A DNA stretch of 64,000 bases. Origin: Acidobacteriota bacterium (GTDB lineage Bacteria; Acidobacteriota; UBA6911). Below are positions 56,991 through 64,000 of this stretch, one piece after another (position 1 is the first letter of the stretch; every line of letters starts with the position of its first letter). The position numbers and the translations under genes are program-made. The stretch lies in the NCBI GenBank assembly GCA_963664705.1, contig OY761556.1:864001-928000 (forward strand), in the 5' to 3' direction. The notes beneath the pieces were generated by a model. That model saw only the letters and a list, made by a program, of their open reading frames with translations. It was not told the DNA's origin and made no database searches.

Positions 56991-59900
56991 ATGCGACCTC
57001 GAATCAGTAGTGTCCGCCTCAAAGTTTTTTTCCCCATCGTAGCCTTGGTTCTGTTGACGACCGAACTGGCCGGCATTTCCTTCCCCGCGCGGAGGGAGTC
57101 AAAGGGGACTGATGTTTCACGGTCGCTACAGCGGATGGTGATACCAGGGACTCAGGATCTACAGTTGATTGTGGAATTATCCGATCCGTCGGTTCTGGAC
57201 CGGTTGCAGGGGACGGAGACTTCCGGATCCACGCGAAGTGCTCTGTCCCTGAGTTTGCGTGGACGCCGCGTGGATTTCTCCACGGCTCAGGCGCGGACGC
57301 ATCGCCAGACAATCGAGCGTGGACAGGAGTCCATGAAGGCGCGGATTGCCGCTATCCCCAACGTCCAGGTGCAGGGAACCACCAGTACCATCATGAACAG
57401 CATAATTATACGCGTGCCCGCTGTTCAATATGACGCGGTTCGAAAGCTGCCCGGCGTAAAAAAGGTCTACTTTTCCTTGCCGCGGAAGCCATTGCTTGAC
57501 ACTGCCGCCACCTTGCAAAATGCGCAAACCATGTGGACGCTTGCCGGCGGCAAAAGCAGCACTGGACAGGGCGTCAAAATAGGGATCCTTGACAGCGGTA
57601 TCGATATCTCGAACCCAATGTTCAGCGGTACCGGGATGACAGCTCCGGCCGGATTTCCCAAGTATTCCCCTTCCTCAAGCGCAGCCTTTACAAATGCGAA
57701 AGTGATTGTTGCCAGAAGCTATTATCAACAGTATCTGGGTTCGTCCGGTGTGTTTACAGCTGAGGATGAACTGGGACACGGCACTTTTGTCGCTGCGTGC
57801 GCGGCGGGCGTACAGGTTGCCGCTCCTCGAGCCACCATTTCCGGCATGGCTCCGGGTGCCTACCTGGGTGTTTATAAGATTCTCTCGACCGGCTCCACTT
57901 CAACGGCAGCCGAGGTGGCCGCCCTGGATGATGCCGTGAGCGACGGCATGGATGTCGTCAATATGAGCATCGGCGCGCTGGACAACCTGCCTCCGGATGA
58001 AATAGCGGAATACGCCGCGATCACAAAAGCCATCCAGGCCGGCGTGGTCATGACTGTATCTGCCGGGAACGACGGGTCCTCGACCCATACGATCAGCAGT
58101 CCCGCAACGATTGCGGATGTCATCGCTGTCGGTTCGGTTTCAAATTCACGCGACTTCCTGGCCGTTGTCCGCACCAATTCTCCCAGCCTCAGCACGATTG
58201 CCTATGCCGCTTCGGCCGATGGCATCCAGGTCTCTACCGACCAGGCGCTGAAAAAAATAGTGGATGTAGCTTCCCTCGATGGAGACGGATTGGGCTGCTC
58301 CACCTTCCCCTCCGCCAGTCTTTCCAACTCCATCGCATTGATTGAGCGGGGCGTCTGCCTCTTTTCCGACAAAGTAGGGAATGCGGCCCAAGCCGGTGCC
58401 GTGGGAGTCGTCGTTTATAACAATGCCGCTAACGGAACCATTTCGATGAGCGGCCTGGGGACGGCCACAATTCCTGCGGTCATGATTTCCAATTCGGACG
58501 GCCTTGCGCTTAAGCAGTATGTGGATGCAAACGCCAGTACGGCAACGGCGGGAATTGGCAGCGCCACCAATCTGAGTGCGGTCGATGTTCCGGCGCGCAT
58601 CATTTCTTCCTTCAGCTCCGTCGGCCCAGGGCCGGATTTCAGCATTAAGCCTGACCTGGTAGCCGTTGGTGAATATGTTTACTCGGCAACCGAAAAGACG
58701 AGAACCTCCGGTGAAATGTACGACTCTTCGGGATTCACGACAGAAAACGGGACAAGCTTCTCCTCTCCGATGGTTGCCGGGGCCGCGGCGGGGGTGATAC
58801 AAAAATATCCCTCACTCGGAGTTCTGGCGATCAAATCTCTCCTGACAACCACCGCCAGCAGGAATTTGACTGCCGATGGAACCAACCCTCCCAGCGTGCT
58901 TCAAGCGGGAAGCGGGCTCCTCGATATGGGAGCTGCTATTCAGGGGACTGCGGTCTTTTATCCGACAAACCTGAATTTTGGAGTGCACTCCTATAGCGGA
59001 ACCCTGTCGCTGCCTCTCAAGTTGACGGTGCAGAACATTTCGTCCGGCTCTGATCAGTTTGCGTTTGGTTTTGAACCCCTTGTTTCGGGACCCGCAATCA
59101 GTTTCAGTTCCCCCGGTACCGGCTCCGTGGCATCGGGAGCCAGTGCGGACGTAACCGTAACCTTGCAGTCCACGGCGCCTGCGACCGGCGGTTTTCAGGG
59201 ATTTGTCACGATCAAAAGTGCATCTACATCTTTTGTGTATAGAATCCCGTATTGGGCGGGGCTGTATGTGCCGGATGCCACGCGCATTCTGGAAGTATCG
59301 CAGAGCGGATCCGGAGCCTACACAACCCTGGCCGATGCCGTGGCCGCTGCGCAGCCCGGCAATGTGATCCAGATCAGCGACAATTCCACCTATTCCATTG
59401 AAAGCCCGGGATTGTCCATTATCACAAACAGCCAGGGTCTTCCTTTGCACGGGCTGGTCATTCGAGCTGCCTCCGGAAAGACTCCGATCATTCAGGCGCC
59501 GAATCTTTCCACCGGCATCCAGATAGTCGGATTGAAAAATGTTCTTCTGCAGGGACTGCAGGTGTCCGGAGGGTATACCGGAATTGAGCTGGTGCAGCCC
59601 TCCACCAGCATCCCGATGTCGGCAACCATTGACCAGTGTACGGTCCTCAATGCATCGGGTAATTCAGCTGCGGCCAATATCTTCATCGATGGCGGCGGGA
59701 TCGTGGATATTACCAAGTCCACGATAAGCGGTTCTTCCGGGTATGGCATTGCCGCGGGTTTATATGCGGATAACACGCAGCTGACGATTACCGGCTCCAC
59801 CGTGCAAAACAACAGCTATGATGGGCTCGATGCCTATGTCTCCGATGTCTACATCGCCAATTCAACCCTTAGGGCCAATGGCGGGACCGGAGCCTTCCTC

Positions 59901-61994
59901 TCCGATTGCACCGGAACCATCTCGGGAAGTACTTTTTCGCAAAATCGGGACACCTCGAGCCTGTATGGTGACGGGATCCAGATTCAGGATGGGAATGTTA
60001 CCCTGCAGGGCAATCTGTTTGACTCCAATGATGAAGCCGGGATCGCACTGGTTTCCGCCAATGCAACGGGCGGCTCAAAGGCCAGAATTACCGGCAATGT
60101 CATGCAGTCGAATGGCTATTATGGCATCTATTCAGACCCGGCGCTTTCAGTGACGGCGGATGGCAATTTGATCAAGGACAATGCCGGAGGCGTGGATCTG
60201 TATTCGACCGCCGATGCGCTCCTTACTAACAACATCATCGTGCGATCCACAAGCGGCTTCCTCGGCGATGGAGTTCTGGTCGAAGGAAGCAGCACGGCCA
60301 GGCTCATCAACAATACCGTTTATGGCAACAAACTGTATGGAGTTCATCAGTTGCTCGGAACCACTTCCGTGGCAAATTCCATCATCAGTGCGAATAGCGC
60401 CGGGAATATTCAAGGAGTCAATTCAGGCTCCATTCAATCCTCGATTACGGCGGCGGATCCCAAATTTGTAAGCGCGAGTTCGGACAACTTTTCGCTGTCC
60501 GCGGGATCACCCGCCATCGATGCCGGCAGCAATACGGTAGCCGGCTTACCCTTCCTTGATTTTCTTGGCCAGGTGCGTATTGCCTCCGCCAGCACTTTCC
60601 CGGGGCAGGGGACGGTTGATGCCGGCGCCGTGGAATCCAGTTCAGCCTACCCGCTGATCTATCCTCTTCTCGTCAGCGGCAATAACACGACTCTTGGCTC
60701 GTCATTCACAACGGGCATTGCATTTCTCAATCCCACCAGTACGAGTCAGGATTTTGCTTTTGCCGGATTTGATCCGACGGGAGGCAAACTTGCCGGTACG
60801 CAAAATCCCTATACCCGCTCCCTGGATCCTGAAGCCCAGATTCCAATCCTGGATTGGCAGATGTTCGGATACAGTTCTGCCGACACGGCGCGTGGAGGAG
60901 TCTTGGGTGCCACGGATGTTCCGACTGCCGGTTTTTTGGTGTATATGGATTCCGAGGCCAAGAAATTTGCGACGGGAGTGAATGCGGCAACGCGTCTTTC
61001 CAGCGATATGGTCTTCATGCGGCACCAGACAGGATCGGGCAAAACGAGCAGCTATGTCCTCTTTAATCCGGGCGTGACCACTGCCAATATCACTGCAAAA
61101 CTGCATGGCAGCGATGGGACTACTGTTTCCACGCAAGCCGTCTCTGTCGCGGCCAAGGGGCAGACCATCGTTCAATTCAATTCAACAACATCCACCGGCT
61201 ACGTGACCATTGCTTCCGACCGGCCAATATCCGGCCTGGAACTGGTAGGTAGCGCAAATATCATGGCGGCTCTGGGCGGATTTTCTCCTGGAACCCAGGC
61301 TCGTCTATTCTTCCCGCATTTTGCAGTGGGGGGGCACTATTCGACCACTGTGGGGATCATCAATACCAATGCTTCCCTGACGGTCAATTTGAATTTGAGT
61401 GCCTATGATCCGCTTGGCAACCTGATCGGCAGCGTTGATGGACTGTCACTGCTGCCAGGAGAACAAATGCTGAAAACGGTAACGGAGTTGTTCGGAATTT
61501 CGGATGCGAGTGCACTCCAGACCGGGTATCTGGTGGCCCAGAGCGATCAAGCGGGGATCATGGGCTTCACCAACTATATCTATGGCGACGGGATTGCCGC
61601 CTCGGATGCAATGATTCCGGCGGATTCGGTTCCAAGCCGGAGATTGCTTTTCTCGCAAATAGCCAATGGGGTGCCCGCCGGGAATGGCGTGCCTTATCAG
61701 ACCGGGATCGCATTGCTGAATCCGTACGGAACCAGCGTCAGTTTTACGATGACTGTTTACGATGGCGCAGGCGCCATCCGATACCAGGGGACGCAAACGA
61801 TCGGTCCGCACGAGAAGATGTCCCGGATTCTGGTTTACCCGGATGCAGGGGTCGGCTTCTTTACGGGAGACCTCGTATTGGGGAACGGCCATGTTGAAGT
61901 GACATCGGATTACGGACTGCTGGGGCTGGAGGTTTTCTTCACCGAAGATCTTTCTCAGATGGTAAGCGTTCCAGCGCAGACTATAGAAGAGTAG
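56991..61994 (+). CDS. Large secreted S8 (Vpr-like) serine protease with PA, beta-helix and C-terminal repeat domains
   Basis: ILDSG, GHGT and GTSFSSP triad; PA motif IERG.C.F..K; N/S/G-rich beta-helix; SPAIDAG..D.GA.E; repeated TGIA..NP. Confidence 0.92.
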   Translation: MRPRISSVRLKVFFPIVALVLLTTELAGISFPARRESKGTDVSRSLQRMVIPGTQDLQLIVELSDPSVLDRLQGTETSGSTRSALSLSLRGRRVDFSTAQARTHRQTIERGQESMKARIAAIPNVQVQGTTSTIMNSIIIRVPAVQYDAVRKLPGVKKVYFSLPRKPLLDTAATLQNAQTMWTLAGGKSSTGQGVKIGILDSGIDISNPMFSGTGMTAPAGFPKYSPSSSAAFTNAKVIVARSYYQQYLGSSGVFTAEDELGHGTFVAACAAGVQVAAPRATISGMAPGAYLGVYKILSTGSTSTAAEVAALDDAVSDGMDVVNMSIGALDNLPPDEIAEYAAITKAIQAGVVMTVSAGNDGSSTHTISSPATIADVIAVGSVSNSRDFLAVVRTNSPSLSTIAYAASADGIQVSTDQALKKIVDVASLDGDGLGCSTFPSASLSNSIALIERGVCLFSDKVGNAAQAGAVGVVVYNNAANGTISMSGLGTATIPAVMISNSDGLALKQYVDANASTATAGIGSATNLSAVDVPARIISSFSSVGPGPDFSIKPDLVAVGEYVYSATEKTRTSGEMYDSSGFTTENGTSFSSPMVAGAAAGVIQKYPSLGVLAIKSLLTTTASRNLTADGTNPPSVLQAGSGLLDMGAAIQGTAVFYPTNLNFGVHSYSGTLSLPLKLTVQNISSGSDQFAFGFEPLVSGPAISFSSPGTGSVASGASADVTVTLQSTAPATGGFQGFVTIKSASTSFVYRIPYWAGLYVPDATRILEVSQSGSGAYTTLADAVAAAQPGNVIQISDNSTYSIESPGLSIITNSQGLPLHGLVIRAASGKTPIIQAPNLSTGIQIVGLKNVLLQGLQVSGGYTGIELVQPSTSIPMSATIDQCTVLNASGNSAAANIFIDGGGIVDITKSTISGSSGYGIAAGLYADNTQLTITGSTVQNNSYDGLDAYVSDVYIANSTLRANGGTGAFLSDCTGTISGSTFSQNRDTSSLYGDGIQIQDGNVTLQGNLFDSNDEAGIALVSANATGGSKARITGNVMQSNGYYGIYSDPALSVTADGNLIKDNAGGVDLYSTADALLTNNIIVRSTSGFLGDGVLVEGSSTARLINNTVYGNKLYGVHQLLGTTSVANSIISANSAGNIQGVNSGSIQSSITAADPKFVSASSDNFSLSAGSPAIDAGSNTVAGLPFLDFLGQVRIASASTFPGQGTVDAGAVESSSAYPLIYPLLVSGNNTTLGSSFTTGIAFLNPTSTSQDFAFAGFDPTGGKLAGTQNPYTRSLDPEAQIPILDWQMFGYSSADTARGGVLGATDVPTAGFLVYMDSEAKKFATGVNAATRLSSDMVFMRHQTGSGKTSSYVLFNPGVTTANITAKLHGSDGTTVSTQAVSVAAKGQTIVQFNSTTSTGYVTIASDRPISGLELVGSANIMAALGGFSPGTQARLFFPHFAVGGHYSTTVGIINTNASLTVNLNLSAYDPLGNLIGSVDGLSLLPGEQMLKTVTELFGISDASALQTGYLVAQSDQAGIMGFTNYIYGDGIAASDAMIPADSVPSRRLLFSQIANGVPAGNGVPYQTGIALLNPYGTSVSFTMTVYDGAGAIRYQGTQTIGPHEKMSRILVYPDAGVGFFTGDLVLGNGHVEVTSDYGLLGLEVFFTEDLSQMVSVPAQTIEE

Positions 61995-62014
61995 AACATG
62001 AAATAGCTTTCGAT

Positions 62015-62263
62015 AACCGCGAAAACATCGAAGACCGCAAAGAAAATATTTTTGTAGGCCTTGCGCTTATCGTTCTCGCCAGATCATAGGCTGGATTCCA
62101 TCCTTGATGCCTGGGACCTTCCAGCTTGAGATAGGCAAGCAACTGGGCTCGGTGGACCGGATGGATCACATCGACAGTTTTGTTTTCTATCCATCACACT
62201 ACCTAATTGCTGGTCGACAAAATGAGCCCAAAAATCCTTGCGGTCTCCGAGGTCTTCGCGGTT
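62015..62263 (-). pseudogene. Internally deleted GxxExxY (PD-(D/E)XK-like) gene fragment inside 29-bp inverted repeats
   Basis: 62190-62122 translates to IENKTVDVIHPVHRAQLLAYLKL. IRs at 62015-62043 and 62235-62263 match at 25 of 29 positions. Confidence 0.78.
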
Positions 62264-62289
62264 CAAATACAAAAATTTACCAACGCCAT

Positions 62290-64000
62290 TTATATCGCTT
62301 CAATCTGCACGGCACAAACCTTGAATTCCGGAATCTTGGCAACCGGGTCCAATGCCGCAATGGTCAGATTGTTGACGTTCTGCGCTCCCGGATAATGGAA
62401 ATTGCCGAAGACAAGTCCCTCGCAAACGCGATCCGTTACAAGCGCGCGCACGATCATTTCCCCGCGGCGTGATTTGACGCGCACCATCGACTGTTCATTC
62501 AATCCGATCCTGGCGGCATCCTCCGGGCTGATCTCGATAGCCGATTCGGGATAAAGCTCCTGCAGTGCCTGCGCTCTGCGGGTCATTTCAGCTCCATGCC
62601 AGTGATATAAAACGCGCCCCGTGGTCAGGAGCAGCGGATATTCGCTATCCGGCGTTTCCTGCGGCGGGATATGTTCGGTCGGATGGAACTTGCCTTTCCC
62701 GCGCGTAAATTGCCCTATGTGAAGAATCGGAGTGCCGGGGTGGTCCGATGTTGGCACCGGCCAATGCAATTGCTCTCCTCTTTCGAGACGCTCGTATTGG
62801 ATTCCACGGTAAATGGGCGTCAAGTCGGAAATCTCCTCGCTGATTTCCCTCGGGTTTGAATACTGCCAGGATGCGTGCACTCCGATCGGTTGCCGTTGTT
62901 CGCGCTCGAGGACCTGGCGGGCAAGATCCATGACGATCACCCAGTCCGGATGTGATTCGCCCAAGGGCGAAATGGCTTGGCGAATCAGCTGAACTCTCCG
63001 CTCGGTGTTGGTAAAAGTTCCTTCCTTCTCCGCCCATGTGGTTCCGGGCAAAAGAACGTCGGCCAGCGCCGCAGTTTCGGAGGGAAAGATCTCCTGCAGC
63101 ACGACGAACTCGCAGGCGGCCAGACACCGATGCGAGTGTCCGAGGTCGGGGTCTGTCATTGCCGGGTTCTCGCCGACGATGTAAAGACCTCGCACTTTCC
63201 CGGTTCCTGCCTGGTCGATCATTTCCGTATTTGTCAGACCGGGCTTGGGGCAGAGAGCAAATGTGGGCTGTTGATCCGTATCCCAACTGGACAATTCCAG
63301 CTGCCAGGCCGTGTTGATTTTTTCGCGTGCCGATGCATCGGTGACCAGTTGATAGCCCGGCAGGAAATTAGGCAGGGCTCCGACATCGCATGCGCCCTGG
63401 ACATTGTTTTGTCCCCTGAGCGGATTAACGCCTCCGCCGGGAATGCCCATGTTTCCCAGAAGCATTTGCAGATTTCCGAGCGCCAGGACATTCAGGACTC
63501 CAGTGGTATGTTGCGTGATCCCCATGGACCAGATGACGGCGGCCGGCCGATGGTGTCCGAGTATTTCGGCTGCCTTTTCCAAATCCGCCACCGATACGCC
63601 CGTGATCTCAGATGCTCTTTCCGGCGGGTATGACTCAACCACGGAGAGAAACTCTTCGAAATTTTCGCAGCGTTGATCGATAAACGATTGATCCTGCCAT
63701 CCCTTTTTCAGAATGATGTGCATGATGCCGTTGATCAGGGCAACATCAGTGCCCGGTTGCTGCTTTAGATGAAGCGCAGCAAATTCGGTAATATCGATTT
63801 GCCGCGGATCGGCGACAATCATCGGCACGCCGCGTCGCAGGACTGCCTGTCTCAACATGGTTCCAAAGACTGGATGCTGTTCCGTGGTATTGGAACCGAT
63901 GATGAAAAACGCCTGGGCCTCGCGGGCCACGTCCTTCATGGTATTGCTCATGGCTCCGGAACCAAACGAGAGCGCAAGGCCCGCGACAGTTGAGGCGTGG
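62290..64000 (-). CDS. fdhF: Formate dehydrogenase alpha subunit (FdhF-like), 5' end outside the window
   Basis: HASTVAGL..SFGSGAMSN, GSN..E.HP, PLRGQNNVQG, EKEGTFTN.ERR and K.PEFK motifs. Confidence 0.93.
   Translation of the reverse strand, partial: HASTVAGLALSFGSGAMSNTMKDVAREAQAFFIIGSNTTEQHPVFGTMLRQAVLRRGVPMIVADPRQIDITEFAALHLKQQPGTDVALINGIMHIILKKGWQDQSFIDQRCENFEEFLSVVESYPPERASEITGVSVADLEKAAEILGHHRPAAVIWSMGITQHTTGVLNVLALGNLQMLLGNMGIPGGGVNPLRGQNNVQGACDVGALPNFLPGYQLVTDASAREKINTAWQLELSSWDTDQQPTFALCPKPGLTNTEMIDQAGTGKVRGLYIVGENPAMTDPDLGHSHRCLAACEFVVLQEIFPSETAALADVLLPGTTWAEKEGTFTNTERRVQLIRQAISPLGESHPDWVIVMDLARQVLEREQRQPIGVHASWQYSNPREISEEISDLTPIYRGIQYERLERGEQLHWPVPTSDHPGTPILHIGQFTRGKGKFHPTEHIPPQETPDSEYPLLLTTGRVLYHWHGAEMTRRAQALQELYPESAIEISPEDAARIGLNEQSMVRVKSRRGEMIVRALVTDRVCEGLVFGNFHYPGAQNVNNLTIAALDPVAKIPEFKVCAVQIEAI

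Noticed and set aside
63952-64000. Selenocysteine in the formate dehydrogenase active site
   Set aside because: The codon before His is cut by the window edge, but its third base (64000, minus strand) is C, which fits TGC (Cys) and not TGA.

Overview
Bacterial chromosomal window, roughly mid-50s % GC, about 50 CDS. No rRNA, tRNA, CRISPR array or intact transposase was recognised. Gene content suggests an anaerobe or microaerophile, possibly Acidobacteriota (inference only). Main blocks: (1) oxaloacetate-node genes (degenerate MDH paralog, mdh, gltA, GTP-PEPCK, aspartate-type aminotransferase); (2) an acyl-CoA/beta-oxidation block (family III CoA-transferase, SDR, ADP-forming acyl-CoA ligase, atypical thiolase, HAD-ECH fusion); (3) an FAD oxidoreductase plus a molybdopterin enzyme of the acetylene hydratase/catechol dehydroxylase-like clade; (4) a divergent, probably IclR-controlled catabolic island (LarA, GlcF, GlcD, two Ldh_2 enzymes, cupin, U32-like protein, IolN-like hydrolase) with repeated GTTYCR-N5-YGRAAC operators; (5) glycosyltransferase and hydrolase genes, including a Tat-exported GH1 lacking its nucleophile Glu; (6) a translationally coupled secreted pair in which a Cys-rich domain is fused to a FrpC-like self-processing module with Ser-Pro in place of Asp-Pro; (7) Rrf2-cydAB, a 1667-aa S8 protease and a truncated formate dehydrogenase alpha gene. 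Many intergenic spaces hold REP-like hairpins, and one inverted-repeat pair still encloses a GxxExxY nuclease fragment. The strongest candidates for undescribed biology are the Cys-rich/SPM pair, the IolN-U32-LarA island and the GxxExxY-linked repeat elements. All calls come from reading motifs by eye and from recalled family knowledge; no database searches were run.
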